A stretch of DNA of 64,000 nucleotides. It comes from a virus (taxonomy: Duplodnaviria > Caudoviricetes). The DNA lies in the IMG/VR virus record IMGVR_UViG_3300032321_002024, positions 32,001-96,000 of that record, one strand, 5' to 3'. This document shows, one piece after another, positions 50,487 to 60,453 of this stretch. Numbering within the stretch: the first letter of the stretch is position 1; each line of letters starts with the position of its first letter. A model generated the notes under the pieces. It was given only the letters and a program-made list of their open reading frames with translations, made no database searches and had not been told where the DNA came from. The translations under genes and the position numbers were made by a program.

Positions 50487-51593
50487 ATGATAGCTAAAAA
50501 TGTGTATGGTTTATATTCAATACCAAAAGAAGTTGAATACACATATACCGCTCAGCTAATATTAGAAGGTGGTGTTCATGAAGACACGACAATTGAATAC
50601 CTACAATCTATTGGTGGAAATATTATACACGCTGGTTCTGGATTTGGTGATTTCTTACCAGCATTAAAAGATTGTGATAAAGTATGGGTTTTTGAACCAA
50701 ATCCTTTAATGTATGAATCTTCATTAGAAACTATATCCTTAAATAGTTTAGTCAATGTTGAGATATTTCCATTTGCTTTAGGTAGATATAATGGATATTC
50801 AAATCTAAAACACATAGATGAAAGTGGATTAGAAATGGGTCCGCGGAGTGAAATGGATGATGAAGGACTTAAAGTTAAAATGGTCAAGTTGGACTACATG
50901 ATTACTAAAGATACCAAAATATCACTAATACATTTAGATTTAGAAGGATATGAGTTTGCTGCTCTAAACGGTGCCAAACAAATCATCGAAAGAGATAAAC
51001 CAATAATAGTTTTAGAAATAGACAGTAGAGCCGTTATTTATAATGACTTTATGTTATCTATAAACTATGTTCCCCATAAGCAATTAATATTTAACTCAAA
51101 TGAAAGAATGGTATTTGTTAATACTGTTTATATTCATAAAGATAAAGAAGTCAAAAAAGATTACTGGGCTTCTGAATTACAAAGACCATTATCACCAGAT
51201 GATAATGATGTTGATATCTATAAAGACAATATGATTGAAGGTAGCACTTTGATGTTAGGTTGTACTAAAAAATTAATTCCTATTAGTAATATTCAAATGG
51301 ATATAGATCCTTGGTATGAAGCCAAAACGGTCATTAAAGGTGATTGGTTAGATAATAAAACTTATTATGGTAATATTATCGCTGATGGTTCTCTTTCATT
51401 CACTAAAGAACTAGCAGATGGTTTAATACAAATGGCTTCTAAAAATTGTAAAGTTTTTATTTGTAGAACATATACAAAAAGATTGCCTATTATGAGAATT
51501 GCTGATTATTTTCCTCAACCTGAGGATTTCAAAATACTACCTACAAAAACTGTAGTATTTGAAGATTATTCATTTTACATATGGCAGTTCTAA
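50487..51593 (+). CDS. FkbM-family methyltransferase with extra C-terminal domain
   Basis: HAGSGFG, FEPNP, HLDLEGYE. Confidence 0.85.
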   Translation: MIAKNVYGLYSIPKEVEYTYTAQLILEGGVHEDTTIEYLQSIGGNIIHAGSGFGDFLPALKDCDKVWVFEPNPLMYESSLETISLNSLVNVEIFPFALGRYNGYSNLKHIDESGLEMGPRSEMDDEGLKVKMVKLDYMITKDTKISLIHLDLEGYEFAALNGAKQIIERDKPIIVLEIDSRAVIYNDFMLSINYVPHKQLIFNSNERMVFVNTVYIHKDKEVKKDYWASELQRPLSPDDNDVDIYKDNMIEGSTLMLGCTKKLIPISNIQMDIDPWYEAKTVIKGDWLDNKTYYGNIIADGSLSFTKELADGLIQMASKNCKVFICRTYTKRLPIMRIADYFPQPEDFKILPTKTVVFEDYSFYIWQF

Positions 51594-51618
51594 TTAATAA
51601 AGAATTAATTAAAAGTAA

Positions 51619-52338
51619 ATGAACGACTACCAAAAAATTTTTATAAAAAGAGCAAATGATTATCATTATGCGATGCAAAAATATCCAGATGTTCGCTCTT
51701 ATGAATTTGAAAGTTTAATATCGACTACCGACTTTTCAAGCATTAAGAAAGTTTTAGATATTCCATCTGGTGGTGCATATTTAAAAAAATATCTTCCTAA
51801 AAATATTGAACTTATCTCTGCTGACTTTTCAGAAGGTTTTACAAATGAAAACATACAACTTGTGAATCCTACACAATTTTCATATTCTGATAATTCATTT
51901 GACTTAGTTCTTTCTTTAAGTGGACTACATCATTTGGATGATGTTCCTAAATTTGTACACGAATGTTTGAGAATTTTGAAAAAGAATGGTTCATTTATCT
52001 TTTCTGATGTAAAAAGAGATAGTCCGGTTGACTTTTTCTTAAATGAATTTGTCAATAAATATAATTCATTAGGTCATAATGGAGTTTTCTTTACAGAGAA
52101 TTCATTTAATGAATTTCCATTATTACAAGAAAAGATTATAAGAACACAATATAACCAGTATCCGTTTGTGTTTAAAGATAAATCTGAAATGCTTTGTTTT
52201 TTCTCGTTTTTCTTTGGACTAGATAAAGCTAATGAAAATATTATTTATGATGGAATTCGTGATATATTAGGAATAAAATCTACTGAAAATGGTATTGAAG
52301 TAGATTGGGGCTTGATTCAATTTGAATTTAAAAAGTAA
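51619..52338 (+). CDS. Class I SAM-dependent methyltransferase
   Basis: VLDIPSGG, SFDLV, GLHH, RILKKNG. Confidence 0.85.
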   Translation: MNDYQKIFIKRANDYHYAMQKYPDVRSYEFESLISTTDFSSIKKVLDIPSGGAYLKKYLPKNIELISADFSEGFTNENIQLVNPTQFSYSDNSFDLVLSLSGLHHLDDVPKFVHECLRILKKNGSFIFSDVKRDSPVDFFLNEFVNKYNSLGHNGVFFTENSFNEFPLLQEKIIRTQYNQYPFVFKDKSEMLCFFSFFFGLDKANENIIYDGIRDILGIKSTENGIEVDWGLIQFEFKK

Positions 52339-52341
52339 AAT

Positions 52342-53382
52342 ATGGCAGTTATAACACAAGAAGATGTTAACAGAGATGTTAAGTATTTATTAGACTTTAT
52401 AGAAAATGCTCAATGGAATCATGAGATAGATTTTAATCTTATTGATGGTTTAAATATAATGACCAGAGATGATTTAAGAAAATGTGAAATAAAGGATAAT
52501 ATTGGAATAACCAAAACATCTGGATCTACCGGTGAACCAGTAACAGTTGGTAAATCTTATAGAGATTATATTTGGTATATTGTATCTTCTATAAGAGAAT
52601 TTAGATGGCTAAAATGGGATGTTACAAAAAACATTGCTATAATCAAAGCCGGTAATAAAATTGAAGATGTAAATGGATGGGGAATACCTTATTCAATTGA
52701 GCCTAATCAGGGTATATCATATAAAAATAACTTACTACCAATATCAGAATTACAGAGATGGTTAGAAGAAAAAAATCCTCATTATATACACTGTTTTCCA
52801 TCAGTTTTCAAACAAATAGACACTAGTAGAATTTCCAATTTTATAGACTGGAAAGGAACTGGTGAAGTTGGTGGAAAAGCTTATTCTTCTGAAGAGTGTG
52901 GTATAATAGCTTTGACTTGTCCTGATAATCCAGATGTTTATCACGTTATGGAAAATCAAATAGTTGAAGTAGATTCTGATGGTGCTTTAATCATAACAAC
53001 AAAAAGTAATAAGTATATAAGAAGATATAAACACGGAGATCATATTGAATTAGGTGAGTGTAATTGTGGTCGTAAATTGCAGACTATAAAGAAAATACAC
53101 GGTCGTGTGAGAAATATGATGATATTACCTAATGGTGATAAAAAATGGCCTTTAGTTGGGTCTTTGGAATATGAGTCTTTTGGAATTAAAAGGTTTAAAA
53201 TGATTCAAACTAAAGTTGATGAATTAGAATTAAGTATAATTTGTGACCCTTTATATGAAAGAGAGACTGAGTTAATTGAAGTTGTTAGAAAAAAGATAGG
53301 ATTTCCTGTAAATGTAATTATAAAATATGTTGATAATTTTTCTAACTATAAATTTGAAGAATTCATTTGTGATATAAAATAA
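52342..53382 (+). CDS. PaaK/CapK-like adenylate-forming ligase
   Basis: TSGSTGEP, YSSEECG, RYKHGD, GRV. Confidence 0.8.
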   Translation: MAVITQEDVNRDVKYLLDFIENAQWNHEIDFNLIDGLNIMTRDDLRKCEIKDNIGITKTSGSTGEPVTVGKSYRDYIWYIVSSIREFRWLKWDVTKNIAIIKAGNKIEDVNGWGIPYSIEPNQGISYKNNLLPISELQRWLEEKNPHYIHCFPSVFKQIDTSRISNFIDWKGTGEVGGKAYSSEECGIIALTCPDNPDVYHVMENQIVEVDSDGALIITTKSNKYIRRYKHGDHIELGECNCGRKLQTIKKIHGRVRNMMILPNGDKKWPLVGSLEYESFGIKRFKMIQTKVDELELSIICDPLYERETELIEVVRKKIGFPVNVIIKYVDNFSNYKFEEFICDIK

Positions 53383-53451
53383 AAAAACCTTCAGAATATC
53401 TGAAGGTTTTTCTCTGTAAAAAGGCTCGAAATTTCTTCCGACTCCACCACC

Positions 53452-53670
53452 TTATTTTTGTAAACAAGGAAACTTCTTTTGTTGGATATAATTAACTATA
53501 CCTCTAATAAATAATTCTTTTATAACCGATTCACAAGTATAAGTCTTGTCAAAATAGAATTCAATGTTTTCTCTAACATTATCCATTCCTACTTTATATA
53601 AAGTATCTAATGGTAAGTTTTCAATACTTACATCTCTCTCTAAAAGAATCTCTTTAATCCTGTGTTTCAT
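53452..53670 (-). CDS. Small hypothetical protein
   Basis: 72-aa ORF. Confidence 0.55.
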   Translation of the reverse strand: MKHRIKEILLERDVSIENLPLDTLYKVGMDNVRENIEFYFDKTYTCESVIKELFIRGIVNYIQQKKFPCLQK

Positions 53671-53679
53671 TTAGTTAAA

Positions 53680-53850
53680 TTACTTTTTTGCTTCTTCAAC
53701 AGATGCGTTTCTATAAGGAGTAACCAATTTCTTAATCTCACCTAAAGCTTTGCGCGCTCTTGTATCAGAAACTTTACTTGTTGCTGCATGATTTGTTTCA
53801 AATTCAGCCCACAACGTTTTCAATTGCTCATAAACTTCTTGTTTCGTCAT
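53680..53850 (-). CDS. Histone H1-like (Bacteroidota Hc1-type) protein, 56 aa (not in ORF track)
   Basis: MTKQEVYEQLKTLWAEFETNHAATSKVSDTRARKALGEIKKLVTPYRNASVEEAKK. Confidence 0.7.
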   Translation of the reverse strand: MTKQEVYEQLKTLWAEFETNHAATSKVSDTRARKALGEIKKLVTPYRNASVEEAKK

Positions 53851-53900
53851 TTTGATTTATTTTATTTTTTAGAGTTAAAGTACTCTTGAACTTTTTCTAT

Positions 53901-55133
53901 TTATCCGAAAATATCATCTGCGTCAGCCGCATCTGTAAATCCGTTTGTATCATCTTCTTCGTCTTCGCCAATTACATTATTGAATTGTTTTTCAACTTCT
54001 TCAATTTCATCTAATGATTTGAATCTAAAATAATCATTTACGATTGGTGCCATTTTTTCTAAAACTTCTTGAGTAAATATCTCAGGTGAAAATAATTGTT
54101 TTGTTGTAACTGATTTATTTAAGTGATTGATATACCATCTGATACCACCTGGAATAAAAGTCATTTCTCCTGTTTTTTTATCAACTTCCATTTTACCTTT
54201 AGCGATTCCAATTTGTTCAAAATATTCTGGACGACAGAAAGCGTCTAATCCAGTGTAAGGGTTCATACCATTTGCAAAAGAAATATCAAATCTAATTTTC
54301 TTAGGTTTTGCTAAACGGTTCTTTTGTGTTTTGAATAAAACTGAAATACCAGAACCTCCTAAATCCATATCATCTTCTTCGCCAGTTTTTAATTTTGATT
54401 TGGTCATAAATCCAATTACTGATGCTGAATATAATAATGCTAATCCTCCCTTCATGACTGCTTGTGGAAAAAGATCCATAGTTAAGTAGGTATGGTTACA
54501 GACTATCATAGGGATGTCTAAATAACCAAGGTCATTATTGATAGATCTAAACATAGAGCCAATTGCCTTAGCTTTAGTCATATCTTGTTTGATATCACCT
54601 TTTAATAAATCAGCTTTTTCTTTATTAGAAGCCATTTGACCTAATGAGTCAAGAACAATCATTAATTTAGGTAGTTCATATCCAGCTAATTTTTGTTCTT
54701 TTAATTCATCAACTAACTGAGTTAATGTTATGTTGATATCTTCAACTTTATTCGATCTAACTAATCTAAATTTTTCTAAATCGTTGCTTACTCCAAATTT
54801 TGGAAGGTCTTCTAAATCTACCGCTTGTTCTGTATCAATATAGATAACTGAATATCCTGCTTTTTGTGCATTTTTAGCACAAGAGTATGCTAAGAAAGAT
54901 TTACCTGCTCCAGACTCTCCAGCGAATACACTAATTCTATTAGTTGCTACTCCACCTCCTAACAATCTACCTGACATTGCGGCGTCTACTATATAAACAC
55001 CTGTAGATATAAACTTTTTTTCTTTAATTTCTTTTTCAACTTGAATCGGAACTGACTTTGCTATATTGTCCAAAATTGAACCAATCTTAGAAAACTCAAA
55101 CCTTTTTGTTTCTTTTGGTTGTTGTTTTGCCAT
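53901..55133 (-). CDS. uvsX: UvsX/RecA-like recombinase
   Basis: AGESGAGKS, IDTEQA, LDSLG, DMTKAK, NHTY, KNR. Confidence 0.92.
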   Translation of the reverse strand: MAKQQPKETKRFEFSKIGSILDNIAKSVPIQVEKEIKEKKFISTGVYIVDAAMSGRLLGGGVATNRISVFAGESGAGKSFLAYSCAKNAQKAGYSVIYIDTEQAVDLEDLPKFGVSNDLEKFRLVRSNKVEDINITLTQLVDELKEQKLAGYELPKLMIVLDSLGQMASNKEKADLLKGDIKQDMTKAKAIGSMFRSINNDLGYLDIPMIVCNHTYLTMDLFPQAVMKGGLALLYSASVIGFMTKSKLKTGEEDDMDLGGSGISVLFKTQKNRLAKPKKIRFDISFANGMNPYTGLDAFCRPEYFEQIGIAKGKMEVDKKTGEMTFIPGGIRWYINHLNKSVTTKQLFSPEIFTQEVLEKMAPIVNDYFRFKSLDEIEEVEKQFNNVIGEDEEDDTNGFTDAADADDIFG

Positions 55134-55246
55134 TTTAATAATTTATTTTTTATTATATATTTATTTATTGTTCTCCCCTTTTATAATTTTCAAAAAATGC
55201 CTTAATAAAAAACAAAAGGGAGAATAAACTTTTCAATATATAGTAT

Positions 55247-56323
55247 ATGACAAAACAAGAATTTTTAGATAGAGCTAGGGATAAACACGGTTATAAATAT
55301 CAATATCCTAATCTTAGTGATAAAGTTTTATCAACTGATGATATAGATATAGTTTATAATGGAGTTTTATATAAACAAAAAGTAGTTAAACATATTACAT
55401 TGGGTAGATGTCCTGAAAAAAACACACCAACAAAGACAAATGAAGAATTTATTAAAGAAGCGGAGGAAATATGGGGTAAAAAATATGATTATTCACTTAC
55501 TGATTACCAAGGTGCTTTAAAACCAATTAAAGTAATATATGATGGTGTTATTTTTGAACAAACCGCATCAACACATTTAAGATGTGCGCCGGAATTAAAT
55601 ATGAATAAAGATTGGTTTATCAAGAGATCTCAAGATAAGTGGGGTAAAGACAAATATGATTATTCATTAGTCGAATATAAACATTGTAAGTCAAAAGTTA
55701 AAATAATTTATAATAAAACGGGTGAGATTTTTGAACAAATACCTGCTGGTCACCTAATATCTGCTCCTGAAAACATAAGATTGTCTATCAGAAAAACAAC
55801 TGAGCAATTTATTAAAGAGTCAAATGAAGTTCATGATTTTAAGTTTTCATATGATAAAACAAATTATGTTAAAAATCAAATTAAGGTTATAATAACCTGT
55901 CCAGTTCATGGAGATTTTAATCAAAATCCATTATCTCATCTACAAGGGAATGGTTGTCCTAGTTGTAATGAATCAAGAGGTGAAAAAGAAATTGCTAAAT
56001 ATTTAGACAAGAATGAAATTTCATATTATAGACAATATAAATTTGATGACTGTAAGAACATATTCTCTCTGCCATTTGATTTCTATTTACCTAAATATAG
56101 AATTGCTATAGAGTTTGATGGGAAACAACACTATGAACCGGTTGATCATTTTGGTGGATTACAAACATACGAAAGACTTAAAATCAATGATAAAATAAAG
56201 AATGATTATTGTGAGGATAATTATATTAGTTTAATTAGGATTAGATATGACCAGATTGATGATATTTATAGAATACTTTGGGATAATCTGAAGACACATA
56301 TAAAGACAAAAAAGACTAGTTAA
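55247..56323 (+). CDS. Putative homing endonuclease (YDYS repeats + PD-(D/E)xK/Vsr-like domain)
   Basis: Repeats F.K...W(G).KYDYSL; CPVHG, HLQGNGCPSC, FDFYLP, IEFDGKQH. Confidence 0.8.
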   Translation: MTKQEFLDRARDKHGYKYQYPNLSDKVLSTDDIDIVYNGVLYKQKVVKHITLGRCPEKNTPTKTNEEFIKEAEEIWGKKYDYSLTDYQGALKPIKVIYDGVIFEQTASTHLRCAPELNMNKDWFIKRSQDKWGKDKYDYSLVEYKHCKSKVKIIYNKTGEIFEQIPAGHLISAPENIRLSIRKTTEQFIKESNEVHDFKFSYDKTNYVKNQIKVIITCPVHGDFNQNPLSHLQGNGCPSCNESRGEKEIAKYLDKNEISYYRQYKFDDCKNIFSLPFDFYLPKYRIAIEFDGKQHYEPVDHFGGLQTYERLKINDKIKNDYCEDNYISLIRIRYDQIDDIYRILWDNLKTHIKTKKTS

Positions 56324-56697
56324 ATTGAATTTCTTTTCATTCCACTTCCATCACATTCTTCACAACCTGTGCCTTTACAACTTTTACAAAATGGGGATTC
56401 AAATCCAAAATCATCATCATCATAAAATTCATCCGAATCATCTTCTTCTTCATCATTATCTACTAAAAATGAGTGATCCGGAAAATATCCTTTAAGTATA
56501 TCTATTGTGCTTTTATCTTCTGATTCAAACCAAAGTTCTGGTAAGTTATCAAGTGATACTTTTCTATCTGATACTAATTTTTGTAAAGCTGGTTCAGTAG
56601 TAAACATTTCAACCTCATCACTATCGATGTATATTCTAGCTGATGAATTACTTAATTCAATATTTTCTTTTACAAATTGATTAAATTTCTTTAACAT
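56320..56697 (-). CDS. Signal-bearing protein with C-terminal CxxCxGxG Zn finger
   Basis: MLKKFNQFVKE; CKSCKGTGCEECDGSG. Confidence 0.65.
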   Translation of the reverse strand: MLKKFNQFVKENIELSNSSARIYIDSDEVEMFTTEPALQKLVSDRKVSLDNLPELWFESEDKSTIDILKGYFPDHSFLVDNDEEEDDSDEFYDDDDFGFESPFCKSCKGTGCEECDGSGMKRNSI

Positions 56698-56835
56698 AGT
56701 GATACAATATTTCTTTATATATTAAAAATCAAATATTAATTTCAAAGATAATTTAGGTGAAAAAATCATTTATTTGATTTACCCAACTATACTGTTACCA
56801 TGCAATCAACTTACACTACATTAATTATTTAAGTT

Positions 56836-57360
56836 TTATTTTCCTGGCATTTCCAAATACTGGTCTAGTAATTGTCTTGTTTCTTCATCATTCTCATCAA
56901 AAAGAACTTCTTTATTTTTAAGAGTGATTTTATTTTTAGTAATTAATTCTTGTAAAGCAGATTCATCTGAAAAAAGATTCATTTCATCATCTGAGATATG
57001 AACGCTTTTTGTGTGTGATTCTTTAATAAATTTTGAAAATTTTTCTAATTTCATACCTGATTCAGATTTTTCTGGATTAGCTTTTAGGATTCTAATTAAA
57101 CCTTCTAATTCATCTGTGTCAATAAAGTCAGAAGCTTTAACAGTAGTTCCTTCGATTTCATGAGAAATTACATCAACAGCACTCATTAATATTTCCATAA
57201 CTTGTGGGTCAGAACATCTGTCATGTAAATCCATAACAGTTCCACCGTTTAACTTTGAACTTAGTCTTTTGTTAGATTTTACTAAACTTAAGATTGTTTC
57301 TAAAGTTTTAATTACTGGTTCGTTATCGTCAAAGTTTTCAAATAATTTTAAATGTTTCAT
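56836..57360 (-). CDS. Signal-bearing protein; C-half paralogous to 56320..56697
   Basis: MKHLKLFENF; internal MKLEKFSKFIKES. Confidence 0.65.
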   Translation of the reverse strand: MKHLKLFENFDDNEPVIKTLETILSLVKSNKRLSSKLNGGTVMDLHDRCSDPQVMEILMSAVDVISHEIEGTTVKASDFIDTDELEGLIRILKANPEKSESGMKLEKFSKFIKESHTKSVHISDDEMNLFSDESALQELITKNKITLKNKEVLFDENDEETRQLLDQYLEMPGK

Positions 57361-57393
57361 AATTTATATATTAAATATGAAATTTATTTTTTA

Positions 57394-58266
57394 TTAAAAA
57401 CAGGAAAGATATCTTTCTCCTCTATCACATAGAATAGTGATGATATTACCTTCAACCTCTGGATATTTTTCTAAGAATTTTTCTGATGCTAAGATATTGG
57501 CTCCAGATGAGATACCAACAAATAAACCTTGTTCTTTTGCTAATCTTTTTGCTCTTTCTTTAGCTTCTTCAGTTGATATAATAATAATATCATCAACTTC
57601 TTTTAAGTTAACCATAAATTTAGAACCATCTCCAATTCCTTGAATTCCGTGAAGTCCTGGTTCACCACCAGACATAACAGGAGATTCTGCTGGTTCAACA
57701 GCTACAACTTTCATATTAGGATGATACATTTTAAGAATTCTAGAAGTTCCCATAAGTGTTCCTCCAGTTCCGGTTCCATCAATAAACGCTGATATCTTAT
57801 TTGTGTGTTGGTGTAAAATTTCAACACCGGTTCCTTTAAGATGGGCTTCTATATTTAGTGGATTATGAAATTGATTTGGATTAAAATATCCATTTTCTTT
57901 AGCTAATTTATCTCTTAAAGCAATTGCGTCGTCAAATTTACCATCTGGAACTTCAATAAGTTCTGCTCCGTAAAGTCTTAACATTTGTTTACGTTCTTCA
58001 CTCATATTAGATGGCATAATAATTATACACTTATATCCTCTTTCTGATGCTAAAAAGGCAAATGCTATTCCAGAGTTTCCAGATGTTGCTTCTATGATTG
58101 TATCTCCTTTTTTTATCAATCCTTTTTCTTCGGCATCATTGATTATATAAGTTGCCATTCTGTCTTTTATTGATCCACTTGGATTTTGACCTTCAAATTT
58201 TGCGAAGATTCTTTCTGAGATTTGTAAAAGTGGAGTTTGTCCAACTTCTTGTGATAATTTTTGCAT
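57394..58266 (-). CDS. cysK: Cysteine synthase (O-acetylserine sulfhydrylase)
   Basis: NPSGSIKDR, EATSGNSG, NQF, GTGTGGT, HGIQGIG, GISSGA, DRGERYLS. Confidence 0.93.
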   Translation of the reverse strand: MQKLSQEVGQTPLLQISERIFAKFEGQNPSGSIKDRMATYIINDAEEKGLIKKGDTIIEATSGNSGIAFAFLASERGYKCIIIMPSNMSEERKQMLRLYGAELIEVPDGKFDDAIALRDKLAKENGYFNPNQFHNPLNIEAHLKGTGVEILHQHTNKISAFIDGTGTGGTLMGTSRILKMYHPNMKVVAVEPAESPVMSGGEPGLHGIQGIGDGSKFMVNLKEVDDIIIISTEEAKERAKRLAKEQGLFVGISSGANILASEKFLEKYPEVEGNIITILCDRGERYLSCF

Positions 58267-58328
58267 TAAAAGAGATAATTTTTATGTTTTATATATTGTA
58301 TCTAAATAAGTTTAACTATATTTGTAAT

Positions 58329-58928
58329 ATGAATATATGGTTTACATCAGACAGTCATTACGGACATACAAATATAGCGGGTCCTAAAGTTTCTCGCTGG
58401 CAAAGAGGTTATCGTGATTTTAATAGTGTTTGGGAAATGAATCAATCTCTTATTGATTGTATTAACAAATATGTTAAAGAAGATGATATACTTTATCACT
58501 TAGGTGATTGGAGTTTTGGTGGAATTCACAATATCAAATTATTTAGAGATTCGATTATTTGTCAAAATATACATCTTATTTTAGGAAACCACGATGAACA
58601 TATTGTAGACAAAGAAGTAAAATTTCACGATTCATCATTTAATCCAATTGAACTATTTTCTTCTGTTCAGGATGTTCTACATTTAGAAATAGGTAAAACA
58701 AAAATATTCCTATCACATTATTCACATCGTGTTTGGAATGGAAGTCATAAAGGAGTAATTCATCTTTATGGTCATAGCCATGGTTCTATTCCAGACTTTG
58801 GTCGTTCAATGGATGTTGGAGTTGATGTTGCTTATAGAATGTTTGGAGAATATCGACCATTTAACATAGGAGATATTACCAGAATTATGGATAAAAGAGA
58901 AATTCATCAAATTGACCATCATGCATAA
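58329..58928 (+). CDS. Calcineurin-like metallophosphoesterase
   Basis: SDSHYGH, LGD, GNHD, YGHSH; ATG 58329 after TATATTTG. Confidence 0.9.
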   Translation: MNIWFTSDSHYGHTNIAGPKVSRWQRGYRDFNSVWEMNQSLIDCINKYVKEDDILYHLGDWSFGGIHNIKLFRDSIICQNIHLILGNHDEHIVDKEVKFHDSSFNPIELFSSVQDVLHLEIGKTKIFLSHYSHRVWNGSHKGVIHLYGHSHGSIPDFGRSMDVGVDVAYRMFGEYRPFNIGDITRIMDKREIHQIDHHA

Positions 58929-59100
58929 ATTAAGAAATGAAATGATGAATCTGAAAATTATGATTAATTCCTCTTATGGCATGAGTGGGGTTAGTCTGAG
59001 TCTTTATGATGAAATGTTAAAGAAAAAGAATAAGTTTTTCAAAATACAAAATAGAGTTTTTAAAGTTAAAAGAGTATTCAATGATAATAAAAACAAATGA
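58921..59100 (+). CDS. Mini-protein with PolB motif B + tag
   Basis: LKIMINSSYG; ends NRVFKVKRVF. Confidence 0.6.
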   Translation: MHKLRNEMMNLKIMINSSYGMSGVSLSLYDEMLKKKNKFFKIQNRVFKVKRVFNDNKNK

Positions 59101-59354
59101 CAGAAGTTAATTTATATTTAGAGAATAAAAGTAAAAAATTAAAAACCTATCATTTTGAAGAGGATGTTACTAATATTGATAATGCAAGAGTTTTACTTTT
59201 TAAATATGTGAATTCTTTTTATTTGAATTCAAAGTATAAAATAATAGTTTCAAATAGATTTATTAATGATACTCAATGTTCAAAAATCAGTGTGATTTTT
59301 GATAAAAATACTGAACTAAATAGAGAATTTTTACTAAAAGATTTATTAAAATGA
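59097..59354 (+). CDS. Small tagged hypothetical protein
   Basis: Ends NREFLLKDLLK. Confidence 0.6.
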   Translation: MTEVNLYLENKSKKLKTYHFEEDVTNIDNARVLLFKYVNSFYLNSKYKIIVSNRFINDTQCSKISVIFDKNTELNREFLLKDLLK

Positions 59355-59968
59355 TTGATATTTTTGATACTAAAAAATTAGACTTGATAAATATTACTTG
59401 TCACTCGGGTGGAGCAGTTGGTTCTGACTCTGAGTGGGAGAATATTGGTAAAGAATTTGGAGTATCAACCAGAGCTTATTCATATAAAACATCCTATCAC
59501 GTTTCTGAAAACAAAGTTGAAATTTCAGAATCTGACTATAAAGAAGGAGTTGAAGAAGTAAATAAAGCCAATAAATGGTTAAATCGATATGGGATTCATA
59601 AATATATGAATTTACTGGCCCGTAATTGGGCTCAAGTCAAATATTCTGAACAAATTATTGCAATTGGAACTATTGTAAAAGTTGGTCAAAAAAATCCAAA
59701 AGGTTATTATAATAAGGGGAAATATGACATGGTTGATGGTGGAACTGGATATGCAGTTCAAATGGCAATAAATAATCAAAAAGAAGTTTATGTTTTTGAC
59801 CAAATTAGAGATAAATGGTTTCGTTGGTCTTATTCTTCACTTTGTTATGTAGAGTGTCAGTGTCCTAAAATTACTTATCAAAACTTTGCTGGAATTGGAA
59901 CTCGTGAAATAAAATCTAATGGTGTTGGAGCAATTCGAGACGTATACAGTAAAACATTCTCAAAATAG
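59351..59968 (+). CDS. SLOG-like nucleotide-binding protein
   Basis: HSGGAVGSD, ARN, GGTGYAV, FAGIGTR. Confidence 0.55.
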   Translation: MIDIFDTKKLDLINITCHSGGAVGSDSEWENIGKEFGVSTRAYSYKTSYHVSENKVEISESDYKEGVEEVNKANKWLNRYGIHKYMNLLARNWAQVKYSEQIIAIGTIVKVGQKNPKGYYNKGKYDMVDGGTGYAVQMAINNQKEVYVFDQIRDKWFRWSYSSLCYVECQCPKITYQNFAGIGTREIKSNGVGAIRDVYSKTFSK

Positions 59969-60075
59969 TATTTTAGATTTAATATTCTTTTTTTCTCACT
60001 ATTTACGGGTTTAGCAATTCCTGAAACAATTCACATAATTTTTGTTATAATATGGAACCTTAAAATTGCATTTAA

Positions 60076-60453
60076 ATGACAAAACAAGAATTTATACTTT
60101 TTATTAAAATTTTCGGCTTTCAAGAGACTTATCAATCTGATGGATCAGGTCCATTAAACTCCTTCTCTATGGCTACTGACTCTACAAGTCAAAAATACTC
60201 ACCTGCTTATTTAGATAAATTACAAATTTCCATAAATGATGAAAGAGGATCATTTCAACTTAGTTTATCACAAATGGGTTCTCATGTGATGGTTGGTAAA
60301 AACTTTGGCAATTTCAGTTTAAATACATTTGGAGATAAAAATGATTTTCAGTTAGAATTATTTTTGAGTTTTATTTTAGGTAGTTTCAAAGAAAAACCAA
60401 AACACATTTTGCAATTTATGAGAGATAGAAAAATTGAAAATATTCTACAATAA
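60076..60453 (+). CDS. Tagged hypothetical protein
   Basis: Ends MRDRKIENILQ. Confidence 0.65.
   Translation: MTKQEFILFIKIFGFQETYQSDGSGPLNSFSMATDSTSQKYSPAYLDKLQISINDERGSFQLSLSQMGSHVMVGKNFGNFSLNTFGDKNDFQLELFLSFILGSFKEKPKHILQFMRDRKIENILQ

Noticed and set aside
55165-55228. Inverted repeat TTCTCCCCTTTT/AAAAGGGAGAA as IS ends
   Set aside because: Both arms lie upstream of the endonuclease rather than flanking it, and there is no transposase; more likely a local regulatory hairpin.
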